Source of the DNA: an uncultured delta proteobacterium
GTDB lineage: Bacteria; Myxococcota_A; Polyangia; Palsa-1104
Assembly (NCBI GenBank): GCA_963785725.1
Contig: CAWAWS010000006.1
Location: forward strand, 320,001-384,000
Direction: 5' to 3'
Length of the DNA: 64,000 nucleotides
Part shown: piece by piece, positions 1 to 9,195 of the stretch
Position numbering within the stretch: position 1 is the stretch's first letter
How the letters are laid out: each line of letters begins with the position of its first letter
Notes under the pieces: generated by a model
What the model saw: the letters and a program-made list of their open reading frames with translations, nothing else
What the model was told of the DNA's origin: nothing
The model's database searches: none
Program-made: the position numbers and the translations under genes

Positions 1-563
1 AAGAACACGCCGTTGGCCGAGCCTTCGTCGCGCACGATGAGCTTGCCGTCGCGATAGATGAAGTTCGCGTGGCGCGGCGAGAGCAGCGGATCTTCGGGGA
101 ACAGGATCGCGCCTTCGAGCCGGCCGGCGATGTGCTCGGTCGCCGACAGCACGTAGGTGACGCCGTCGAGCCCTTCACCTTTGATGAGGATGAGCTTGGG
201 CGAGGGCGCTTGCATGGCGCCGAAGAACATCGTCTTGCCGGGGCGCAGGCCGGCCGGTTGCGGCAGCGGCTGCGGGCGAGCGACCGACGGCGGCGCCGGC
301 GCCGGCGCGGCCGGGCCGACGGGCTTGCCGCAGCTGCCGCAGAAGCGATGGTTGAGCGCGACGTCGGCGCCGCAGAACGGGCAGCTGCGCGCGGTGGCGG
401 CGGGCGAAGGGTCGGGCGTGCGCGGCGCGGCGCCTTGGTTCTCGATCGTCGGGCGCACCGTGCCGGCTCGGGCGACTCCGAGCGAGTGGCCACACAGCTG
501 GCACACGGTGGCATTGATGGGCGACAGCGCATCGCAGGCGTCGCACACGAGGCCTAGCGTCAT
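1..563 (-). CDS. Double zinc-ribbon + FHA domain protein (partial, runs off left edge)
   Basis: Not in ORF track. Manual translation from ATG at 563: MTLGLVCDACD...CQLCG...CPFCG...CGSCG, Pro-rich linker, then FHA motifs IAGR...LSPRHA...DEGSANGVF. Confidence 0.8.
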   Translation of the reverse strand, partial: MTLGLVCDACDALSPINATVCQLCGHSLGVARAGTVRPTIENQGAAPRTPDPSPAATARSCPFCGADVALNHRFCGSCGKPVGPAAPAPAPPSVARPQPLPQPAGLRPGKTMFFGAMQAPSPKLILIKGEGLDGVTYVLSATEHIAGRLEGAILFPEDPLLSPRHANFIYRDGKLIVRDEGSANGVF

Positions 564-594
564 ATGGTGAATCGTATCCGATTGGCAGACCGCG

Positions 595-3500
595 TCAACG
601 AATGGCGGCGGTCAGCGCCTCGCGAACGAAGCCGTTGTTGTCCCGTTTGAGCGCGGCCAGCGCCCGCGCGCCCTTGTCGGGCCACAGCTCGCCGTGCGCC
701 GTGGCGGCGAGGACGGCCGCGCGGCGCTCGCGCCATTCGCCCGACTGCAGCGCGCGCTCGACGACGGCGACGAGCGGCGCGCGTGCGGCAACCGGCAGCG
801 GCGGGGCGCTCGCGGCGAGCGCGGCGAGCGCGGCCAGGCGAACCGGCAGCGCGCCGTCGGCGAGCGCGACCGCGGTCAGCTCGCCGTCGCCGGCGTGCAC
901 CGCCAGCCGCGCCGTGCGCGCGCGCAGCAGCGGGTCGTCGGTCTTCTGCAGCTTGCGCAGCGACGGGGAAATGCGCGGCCACAGCGGCGCCAGCGTCTCC
1001 GGCGGTGCCGACTCGAGGTCCGCCAAGAGGCGCGCCACCAGATCGCGATGGCGACCGAGGCCCTCGTTGACGATGGCGGCCACGGCCTCGCTGTCGAGAG
1101 CGCGCGCGGCTTCGAACGGCGCCGGCAGCGCGCCTTCGGACGGCGTCATCGCGCGGGCGCCGAGGCGCGCCAAGGTGCGCTTGACGTCGATGCCGTCGTC
1201 GCCGTGCGCCACGAAGTCGGGCGCGGTCAGCGCCGGCAGACGCCGTCCGCCGGCCAGCGCGAGCAGCGCGGCGGCGCGCACGTCGTCGCGATCGAGCAGC
1301 GCGGCGCGCACGAGCGCCGCCATCGCGTCGGGCGCGCGCGTCTCCGCCGCTCGCGCATCGAGCGCGCCCAAGGCCCACGCGGTCGCGACCTGCAGATCGT
1401 CGGCGCCTTCGCGCAGCGTGGCGACGAGCGCGGCGCGGGCCGCCGTGCGCTCGGCCGCGGCCAATGGCGACGGCGACTCGGCCGCGACGAGCCCGACGGC
1501 AAAGGCGCAGCCGAGGCGCGCTTCGGGGCTGCGCTGACCGTCGCGCAGTCGCTCGAGCAGCGCCGAAAACGCGTGCCCGCCGGCGTGCGCGCCCAAGCTC
1601 AGGCACGCCATCGCCTGCACGTCGACGCTGCCGTCGTCGAGCGCGCCCACGAGCGCCGCTTGCGCCCGCTTGTCGCTGCTGCGGCCGAGCCCATAAACGG
1701 CCGCCACGCGCAGCTGCTTCTCCGGCTCGGCGAGCAGCTTCACCAGCGACGGCCACTGCGCCGGCGACGCCAGCGCGGCCGCCGCCTCGGCCGCCTGCTC
1801 GCGCAGCTCGACCGCCGCCGCCCGGTCGACGCGTGTCGCCGCCTGCTCGTTCGGCCGCGCCTTGTGCGTCAGCGCCAGCTTCACGAGCGCCGGCGTGGCG
1901 CTGGCGTTGCCGAACGCGCCCAGCAGCGCCACCGCGACGCGCTGCTGCGCCGTCTCGCCGTCGACGAGCACGTCGAGCAGCGGGCGCAAGCCGTGCTCGC
2001 CGAGGCGCGCCAGCTCCGGTCGCGCCGAGGCGTCGCCTTGCCGAGCGCGCGTCACCAGCGGCGAGCCGTAGCGATCGTAGAGCTCGAGCAGCAGGTTGCG
2101 ATAGACGGGCTTATCGGCGTGCGCATAGGCCAGCGGCGACAGCTCACGCTCGAGCTCGCCCAAGCTGCCCAAATATTCCTCGAGATCGATGGCGCGACGG
2201 GCGGCATCGAGGACCATCTCTTCGTCGGGCGCGCGGCGCATGACGGCGCGATAGAGCTCGGCCGCGCGCGCCTCCTGCCCGCGGCGCAGCTGCAGCCGCG
2301 CCAGCGTGAAATAGACCTTCCACTGCCGATCGTCGATCTCGAGCGCGCGCTCGTACGCGGTCGCGGCGCCGGCCAGATCTTCACGCTTCTCCAACACTTC
2401 ACCGAGGCGCACTTCGGCCGCGGCGTCGGCGGGACCGAGCTCGACCGCTTTCTTCGCGAACGTCAGCGCGTCGGCGTCCTGATACAGCTGCAGCGACAGC
2501 TCGGCGATCTGCGGATAGAGCTCGCGGCCGCGCGACGGCTCCAGCTCCGCCGCCGTCTTCAGCGCCGCCAGCGCCTGCTTGGGCCGATGGCGCGCGCGCT
2601 CGACCTGCCCGATGGCGACCCAGGCGTCGGCGCGCAGCTTCGTCGATTTGGCCTTGTCGCCGAGCTTCTGCAGCAGCTCCTCGGCCATCTCGGCGCGACC
2701 CATCTTCAACAGCGCGTCGGCGCAAAAGAGCGTATACGCGGCCGCGGTCGGCTCGTCGGTCGCTTGCTCGGCGCGCGTGCGATATTCGGCGACGCGCAGG
2801 CCGAGGCGACCTTGTCGCGCCAGCACCGTCACCAACCGCTGCCGCAATTCGAGCAGCGCCGCGCCCGATTTCGCGCCTGCCGCGCGCTCGAACAGCGTCG
2901 CCCACACCTCCTCGGCCTCGCGGTCGCGATGCAGCCGCTCCAGCGTCGACGCCAAGCCCTTTTGCACGTTGACGTCGTCGGGCGCCGCTTTGGCCGCGCG
3001 CTCGTACAGATCGAGCGCCTCGGGCGCCAAGTCGTGCTCCACGTAGACTTCCGCCAGCCGCACCATCGCCGGCACTTTCGGACCGCGATCGAGCAGCTTC
3101 TTCCACAGCTCGAGCGCGCGCTTCTTGTTCCCTTTTTGCCAGATCAGCTCACCGAGCGCGACGAGATGGGTCTCGTCTTCGGGCTCGAGCCGCACCAGCA
3201 GCTCCTGCTCGTGCAGCGCTTCGTCGGGCAGTGCCCAGCGCGAATAGAGCTCGGCCAGCTGCGCATGCACCGACGGATCCGACGTCTCGCGCCCGAGCGC
3301 GGCGGCGATCTTGATGGCCTCGGCGCGACCGTCGGGGGTCTTGACGAGCCGCTCCGCCAATTCCAGGCGAAAGCGCGCTTCGCCGGGCGCGCTCTGCACG
3401 AGGCGGCGATATTCGGCGATGGCTTCGGCGTCGCGTCCGGTGCGTTCGTAGAGCGCGATGAGCCGCTTGCGCGCGTCGAGCGCGTGCGGGTCGAGCGCCA

Positions 3501-4482
3501 GCGCGCGGCGGAACGCGACCTGCGCTTTGTCCGCGTCGCCGAGCTCGTCCCAGACGCGGCCGAGCAGCTCCCACTCGCCGAAGTCGCGGCCGTTGTCGGG
3601 CCAGGCGCGCTCCCATTCGCCGACGAGCAGGCGCAGCTCGTCGTGCTTGCGCGCCAGCCCCAAGATCTTGTCGGCGGCCTCGCGGCGCAAGTAGTTGCCT
3701 TTGGGCGCGAGCGCGAACGTCTTGTCGTAGGCGGCGCGCGCCGCTTTGTCGTCGCCGCCGGCCTCTTCGAGCGCGCCCGTGCGCAGCCACGCTTGGCCTT
3801 GCCGCGCCGGATCGCGCGCGAGCCGTTCGGCCAGCGTGCGCCACAACGCCGCCGCTTCGTGCGCGTGATTGCGAGCGGCGAGCGCCTCGGCCCACTGTTG
3901 CCGCGCGTCGTCGTCGTGCTCGTCCGTGCGCAGCAGCTCTTCGTAATAGGGGCGCGCTTCGGTCAACGCCTCTTCGGCCGAGAGCCCACGATCGGGAGCC
4001 AGCGCCAGATCCGCCAGCTTGCGCAACAGCGGCCGGCGACGGTGGGCGTCGGTCACTTTGGGCAGCGCCGCGCCGTAACGGGCGCGCGCGGCGGCGGACT
4101 GGCCGCGCTTTTGCTCGACGTCGCCGAGCGCCACCAGCGCGCGAACGTCGTCGGGACGGGCGCTCGCGGCGTGACCGAGCGCGTCGGCGGCGGCGGGCCA
4201 GTCGCCGCGCGCGGCCAAGAAGCGGCCGTAGACGAGCCAGTCGTTCTCGTCGCCGCTTTGCGCCGTCGTCGCGAGCTCGCGCTTGAGCTGCTCGACCGAA
4301 CGATACTGCTTGTAGAGCTGCGTCAGCTTCCCGAGCGCGTCGGCGTCGTTGGGATCGCGATGCAAGAGCTGCTTGTAGCGCGCGACGACCTTGACGTCGA
4401 AGGGTGAGCGCTTGACCTCCCAGTCGGCGCGCGCGGACGGCGCGGCTGCGAAGAGGAGCACGACGAGCGCCAGGCGACGCAT
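595..4482 (-). CDS. Large exported TPR + HEAT repeat protein
   Basis: 1295-aa ORF; signal peptide MRRLALVVLLFAAAPSARA; many TPR-like helical pairs, then HEAT/PBS-like repeats (LRVAAVYGLG, VQAMACLSLG). Confidence 0.8.
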   Translation of the reverse strand: MRRLALVVLLFAAAPSARADWEVKRSPFDVKVVARYKQLLHRDPNDADALGKLTQLYKQYRSVEQLKRELATTAQSGDENDWLVYGRFLAARGDWPAAADALGHAASARPDDVRALVALGDVEQKRGQSAAARARYGAALPKVTDAHRRRPLLRKLADLALAPDRGLSAEEALTEARPYYEELLRTDEHDDDARQQWAEALAARNHAHEAAALWRTLAERLARDPARQGQAWLRTGALEEAGGDDKAARAAYDKTFALAPKGNYLRREAADKILGLARKHDELRLLVGEWERAWPDNGRDFGEWELLGRVWDELGDADKAQVAFRRALALDPHALDARKRLIALYERTGRDAEAIAEYRRLVQSAPGEARFRLELAERLVKTPDGRAEAIKIAAALGRETSDPSVHAQLAELYSRWALPDEALHEQELLVRLEPEDETHLVALGELIWQKGNKKRALELWKKLLDRGPKVPAMVRLAEVYVEHDLAPEALDLYERAAKAAPDDVNVQKGLASTLERLHRDREAEEVWATLFERAAGAKSGAALLELRQRLVTVLARQGRLGLRVAEYRTRAEQATDEPTAAAYTLFCADALLKMGRAEMAEELLQKLGDKAKSTKLRADAWVAIGQVERARHRPKQALAALKTAAELEPSRGRELYPQIAELSLQLYQDADALTFAKKAVELGPADAAAEVRLGEVLEKREDLAGAATAYERALEIDDRQWKVYFTLARLQLRRGQEARAAELYRAVMRRAPDEEMVLDAARRAIDLEEYLGSLGELERELSPLAYAHADKPVYRNLLLELYDRYGSPLVTRARQGDASARPELARLGEHGLRPLLDVLVDGETAQQRVAVALLGAFGNASATPALVKLALTHKARPNEQAATRVDRAAAVELREQAAEAAAALASPAQWPSLVKLLAEPEKQLRVAAVYGLGRSSDKRAQAALVGALDDGSVDVQAMACLSLGAHAGGHAFSALLERLRDGQRSPEARLGCAFAVGLVAAESPSPLAAAERTAARAALVATLREGADDLQVATAWALGALDARAAETRAPDAMAALVRAALLDRDDVRAAALLALAGGRRLPALTAPDFVAHGDDGIDVKRTLARLGARAMTPSEGALPAPFEAARALDSEAVAAIVNEGLGRHRDLVARLLADLESAPPETLAPLWPRISPSLRKLQKTDDPLLRARTARLAVHAGDGELTAVALADGALPVRLAALAALAASAPPLPVAARAPLVAVVERALQSGEWRERRAAVLAATAHGELWPDKGARALAALKRDNNGFVREALTAAIR

Positions 4483-4517
4483 GGCCGCAGTGTAGCGCGC
4501 TTTTTCGGCGCTGCTTG

Positions 4518-4979
4518 CTAGTGGTAACGATTGGCGCGGACGAGCTCCAGGATCTGCTCGAGCCGCTTGCGCTTGTAGTCGTACAGATAATCCTCGAGCA
4601 GGCGCTGATGACCGCGCGCCACGTCGACCAGCTCGATGCCGGTGCCGTGCACGAAGTCGAGGCTCAGCTCGTCGTAGCGAATCTCGCCGCGCGCCCAGAT
4701 GCTGTCGCTCGTGCCCGGCAGCGTGAACTCGAGCTGCACGTGGCGGCTCTGCCGTCCGAACTGCCGCGGCGCCTTCGTCGTCACCCGATTCATGTACAGG
4801 CCCGTCGCCGACACGTTCGTGGTCAGCGCGCGATGCGGCCGATCGTCGACATACTCGTCGAGGAAGATCTCGAGCGGCACACGCTCGAGGTCACGGCGCT
4901 CACCCGATTCGCGGGCGTTGCGCCAAGCGTGACGAGAGGTCCAGGCGGAACGGGAAGACACTTTCGGGGTCAGCGACAT
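4518..4979 (-). CDS. PilZ domain protein
   Basis: RxxxR (RRDLER) and NxSxxG (NVSATG) c-di-GMP-binding motifs; PilZ-like LEFTLPG...ARGEI...GTGIE strands. Confidence 0.8.
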   Translation of the reverse strand: MSLTPKVSSRSAWTSRHAWRNARESGERRDLERVPLEIFLDEYVDDRPHRALTTNVSATGLYMNRVTTKAPRQFGRQSRHVQLEFTLPGTSDSIWARGEIRYDELSLDFVHGTGIELVDVARGHQRLLEDYLYDYKRKRLEQILELVRANRYH

Positions 4980-5067
4980 CAACGCCTCCAGGCGCTCGGT
5001 GCGATATGTAGGATACTGTAGTTATCGAACAGCCCCCAGGTCAAAATATTTGTGGCAGGATGCACCG

Positions 5068-5592
5068 GTGTCCGCCTCCAAATCCTCCTCTCGCCCGTCG
5101 ACCACGCGCGTTCCGTTGTGGGCTAAATTAGTCGCCACCGCGGGCGGCGCCGGCTTCTCGCCGGTCGCGCCCGGCACCTGCGGGACGCTCGTCGCCGTCC
5201 CGATCGCGTGGCTGCTCACGCGCGCGGGGACGCCGGCGTTCTGGCTCGGCTTTCTCGTCATCACCGCCATCGGCACGTGGGCGTCCGAGGTCTTCTGCCG
5301 CGCCACCGGCGTCGACGACGATCAGCGCATCGTCATCGACGAGGTGGCCGGCTACTTGTTGACGATCGCGTTCATCCCGCGCGGCTGGGTCAACATCCTC
5401 CTCGGCGTGATCGTCTTCCGCCTGTTCGACATCTGGAAGCCGGGCCCGATTCGCCTCGTCGACGAGAAGGTCCACGGCGGCGTCGGTGTCATGGCCGACG
5501 ATCTGGCCGCCGGCGTCGTCGGCGCTCTGGTCATGTTGGCGCTGCACTACTTCGGCGTCGACGCCCGGCTGAGCGCGCTCGTGCACCGATGA
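5068..5592 (+). CDS. pgpA: Phosphatidylglycerophosphatase A
   Basis: Motifs GAGFSPVAPGTCGT, IVIDEVAG, FRLFDIWKPGPI, GVMADDLAAG; start (GTG 5068) is approximate. Confidence 0.92.
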   Translation: MSASKSSSRPSTTRVPLWAKLVATAGGAGFSPVAPGTCGTLVAVPIAWLLTRAGTPAFWLGFLVITAIGTWASEVFCRATGVDDDQRIVIDEVAGYLLTIAFIPRGWVNILLGVIVFRLFDIWKPGPIRLVDEKVHGGVGVMADDLAAGVVGALVMLALHYFGVDARLSALVHR

Positions 5593-6701
5593 ACGAGGCG
5601 CCGCGCAAGCGGGTGCGCCCGTTTCCGCTCGCGGAATTACCGCGCGTCACGCGCGCGCAAGCGGCGGCGGCGCGCCTGCTCATGGCGCGGCTGCCGGCGG
5701 CGCTCGGTCGCGAATGGGACGCCGTTGGTCGCGCGCTCGGCGGACCGGCGACGCTGACGCTGACCGAGATCTACGCGCTGCCGGCGCGCGAGCTGGCGGC
5801 GCAGGCGCGCGGCGCCGTGGTCAAGCTGGCGCTGCGCGGGCCGCGCTGGGCGCTCGTCGTCGTCGACGGCCGCTTGGCGCCGCGGCTGGCGCGCGCCGCG
5901 CTCGGCTTGGCCGGCGACGCCGAGCTGGCCGCCGCCCGCCCGTTGACGCTGGCCGAAGAGGGCGCGCTCGAATTCCTAGTGGCAGCAGCGGTTGGCGATG
6001 CCGCGCTCGTCAGCGGCGTCGTCGGTGACGCGGGCGTGGCCGGGCTCGCGCACGCGCTCGGCGACGGCTGGCTGGCGGTCGCGCAAGCGCGCGTCGAATG
6101 GCCCGGCGGCGACGGCTGGGCGCGCCTCATCGTGCCCGACGCGCTCAAGCTGTCGGCCGAGTCGCCGCGCGCGCTGGAATCGATCGGCGCCGGCGTGGCG
6201 CGGCTCGGCGACGCGCAGGTGGCGCTGCGCCTGGAGATGGGCCGGACCGCGGTGGCGCGCGAGGATTTGGCCGGCCTCGCCGATGGGGACGTCGTCCTGT
6301 TCGAGCGCTGCGGCGTGCATGATGCGCGCGGCGGACCCATCACGCTGCGCCTCGGTCGCGGCGGTTTTGCCGCGCGGCTCGACGGCGCGTCGGTCGTCAT
6401 CGAAGAAGCCTATCGACTCAACCCGGGAGCCGCGAACATGGAGTTCGATTCGTCGCACAAAGACGCCGCCGCCGCCGATCAGCTGTTGCGCGAGCTACCC
6501 GTCGAGGTCGTCTGCGAGCTCGGCCGCGTCACGATGAGCGGCCGCGAGCTCATCGAGCTACGACCCGGCGCCGTCATTCCCGCCGGCCGGCCGCTGGCAG
6601 GCCCGGTCGATCTCACCGTCGGCGGCCGCGTCGTCGCCCGCGGCGAGCTGGTCGACGTCGAGGGTGAGATCGGCGTGCGCATCACCCAAATGATCGAATA
6701 G
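5589..6701 (+). CDS. SpoA-domain (FliM/FliN, SctQ-like) cytoplasmic-ring protein
   Basis: ATG overlaps pgpA stop (ATGA); C-terminal SpoA domain LPVEVVCELGRVTM...LRPGAVI...VDLTVGGRVVARGELVDVEGEIGVRI plus a degenerate upstream SpoA. Confidence 0.8.
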   Translation: MNEAPRKRVRPFPLAELPRVTRAQAAAARLLMARLPAALGREWDAVGRALGGPATLTLTEIYALPARELAAQARGAVVKLALRGPRWALVVVDGRLAPRLARAALGLAGDAELAAARPLTLAEEGALEFLVAAAVGDAALVSGVVGDAGVAGLAHALGDGWLAVAQARVEWPGGDGWARLIVPDALKLSAESPRALESIGAGVARLGDAQVALRLEMGRTAVAREDLAGLADGDVVLFERCGVHDARGGPITLRLGRGGFAARLDGASVVIEEAYRLNPGAANMEFDSSHKDAAAADQLLRELPVEVVCELGRVTMSGRELIELRPGAVIPAGRPLAGPVDLTVGGRVVARGELVDVEGEIGVRITQMIE

Positions 6702-6706
6702 CGCGC

Positions 6707-8150
6707 TCACGCGCTCGGCGTAGAGGCGGGCGTAGGCTTGCGCACTCTTGTGCCACGAGAAGTCTTGCGCCATGCAGCGCCGCATCGAGCGACGTGAACA
6801 GCTCGGGCGAGGCGTAGGTCGTCAGCGCGCGCTGCCAGGCCTCGATGAGCGCCTCGGGCTCGTAGCGCTCGAGCTTGAAGCCGGTGCCGCTGCGCGAGCG
6901 CGGGTCGAAGTCGACGATCGAGTCGTCGAGCCCGCCCGTCGCGCGCACGATCGGCGGCGTCCCGTAGCGCAGCGAGTAGAGCTGATTGAGACCGCAGGGC
7001 TCGAAGCGCGACGGCATGACGTACAAGTCCGCGCCGGCTTCGATGCGATGGGCCAGCGCCTCGTCGTAGCCGATGCGCACCGCCAGCTGCTTGGGATGCT
7101 TCGCCGCCAGCGCTTTCAGCTGCGCTTCGATGCGACCATCGCCGGTGCCGAGCACGACATATTGCAGCGCCTGACGCTCGAGCAGCGACGGCAACGCCGC
7201 CAAGATGAGGTCGAAGCCCTTTTGCTCGGTCAGCCGCGAGATCGATCCGCACAGCGGCACGTCGGCGCGTACGGGCAGGCCGAATTCGCGCTGCAGCGCC
7301 GCTTTGCACGTGCGCTTGCCGGCGAGCGCCGTCTCCGAGTACGTCGCCGGCAGGTTCTGATCGCGCTCGGGATTCCAAGCGTCGTAGTCGGCGCCATTCA
7401 AAATGCCGTGCAAAACCGATTGGCGCGCGCGCAATAAACCGTCCATTCCGAGGCCCTGCTCGGGCGTTTGGATTTCGCGCGCGTAAGTCGGGCTCACCGT
7501 CGACAAACGATCGGCCAGCGCCAGTCCTGCCTTGAGGTACGAAACCTGGCCCCAGAATTCGTAGCCCTCGAGATTGTAATATTCGCGAGGCAATCCCAGC
7601 TCATCGATCACCGACGCCGGAAACAATCCTTGGAAGGCGAGATTGTGCAGCGTGAAGACGGTCTTCGGCAGCGGGAGATTGCCCCATTTGCGCTTGGCGA
7701 ACAGGATCGCCGGGCCGCCTTGCCAGTCATGCGCGTGCACGACGTCGGGCCACTGCGCCGAACTCCGCCGACAGCGCCAGCGCCGCCGAGCCGAGCAGGG
7801 CGAAGCGGCGCGCGTTGTCGGCGTAGTCGCCGTGCGCGTCGCCGTAAATGCCGTCGCGATCGAACGACGGCGCGTGGTCGATGAGGTAGACGCGCACGCG
7901 CGGCGTCGACGGCGCTTGCCCTTCGTAGACGCCGACCTCGACGGTGTCGTTGCCAAGCGGCGTCGCCAAGCCGCGCAGCCGCCGCGCCAGGCCGAAGCGC
8001 TCGGGATCGATCGAGCGGTAGCGCGGCGTCACCACCGACGACGTCGTGGCCGAGCGCCGCCAGTTGTCGCGGCAGCGCGCCCAGCACGTCGGCCAGCCCG
8101 CCCGTCTTCGAATACGGCGCCACTTCGGACGCGACGTGCAGGATGCGCAT
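6707..8150 (-). CDS. glgA: Glycogen synthase (apparent frameshifts near 8037, 7760, 6790 and possibly 6710)
   Basis: [51 protein letters not shown] and DFSW are spread over several frames; 3' end approximate. Confidence 0.9.
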
Positions 8151-8152
8151 TT

Positions 8153-9160
8153 CTAGGATTCGATTTCGCGCAGGAAGCGAGCGGCGTCTTCGGGCGGCGT
8201 CGGGTTGATATAAAAGCCGGAACCCCATTCGAAACCGGCGACTTGAATCAGCGTAGGCATGATCTCGATGTGCCAGTGATAATGCGGCGGGTCGTCTTCG
8301 CCGAATGGCGTCGTATGCAGAATGAAGTTGTACGGCGGATCGTCGAGCGCCACATTCAGCTTGTGCAGCGCAGTCTTGAGCGCATTGGCGAGTAACGCGA
8401 AATCTTCGTCGCTGGTGTGCTCGAAGCGGGCGCGATGGTGGCGCGGCAAGACCCAGGTTTCGAACGGAAACTTGGGCGCATAAGGCTCGATGGCGACGAA
8501 GCCGCCGTTCTCGTAGACCAGCCGCTCGCGCTCCTTGAGCTCCTGGCGCACGATGTCGCAGAACACACAGCGCTCTTTGACGCGATAGTGCTTCTTCGCG
8601 CCCTTCATCTCCTCGGCGACGGTGATGGGCACGACCGGCGTCGCGATGAGCTGCGAGTGCGGATGGTCGAGGCTGGCGCCGGCGGCGGTGCCGTGGTTCT
8701 TGAAGATCATGACGTAGTTCAAGCGCGTGTCGCGGCGCGAGATCGAGCATGCGATCGCGCCAGGCCGTGAGCACGCCGACGATCTCTTGCTCCGACAGCT
8801 CGGCTGAAGCCGCGCGTGTGATCGGGCGTCTCGACGATGACCTCGTGCGCGCCGACGCCGCTCATGAGGTCGTAGATGCCGTCGCCTTCGCGCTCGAGCA
8901 CGCCTTCGACGCGCAGCGCGGGGAACTTGTTGGGGAACGCGCGCAGCCGCCAGCCGGGCGCGTTGGCGCGCGCGCCCGGACCGTCGCTCGGCCGGTGCGC
9001 CAAGCAGCTCGGGCGGCGTCATCGACTCCTGGCCGGGACAGAACGGGCACACGCCGCGACGGACCTCGGCGCGCGCGTGAAAGTCCTGCGGCCGCTTGGT
9101 GCGCTCGGTGGCGATGATGACCCAGCGACCGACGATGGGATCTTTGCGTAGCTCGGGCAT
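8153..9160 (-). CDS. galT: Galactose-1-phosphate uridylyltransferase-family protein (apparent frameshifts between about 8745 and 9005)
   Basis: MPELRKDP...[64 protein letters not shown]. Confidence 0.9.
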   Translation of the reverse strand: MPELRKDPIVGRWVIIATERTKRPQDFHARAEVRRGVCPFCPGQESMTPPELLGAPAERRSGRARQRARLAAARVPQQVPRAARRRRARARRRRHLRPHERRRRARGHRRDARSHARLQPSCRSKRSSACSRPGAIACSISRRDTRLNYVMIFKNHGTAAGASLDHPHSQLIATPVVPITVAEEMKGAKKHYRVKERCVFCDIVRQELKERERLVYENGGFVAIEPYAPKFPFETWVLPRHHRARFEHTSDEDFALLANALKTALHKLNVALDDPPYNFILHTTPFGEDDPPHYHWHIEIMPTLIQVAGFEWGSGFYINPTPPEDAARFLREIES

Positions 9161-9195
9161 GCGCCGCGAATCTTAGACGAGTGCAGTGAAGCGGG

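Noticed and set aside
694..4407. Long antisense and alternate-frame ORFs (e.g. 694-4407 +, 17260-19062 -, 38205-40526 -, 59688-61742 +)
   Set aside because: Shadow ORFs typical of high-GC coding DNA: Arg/Ala-rich, without motifs, and opposite well-supported genes.
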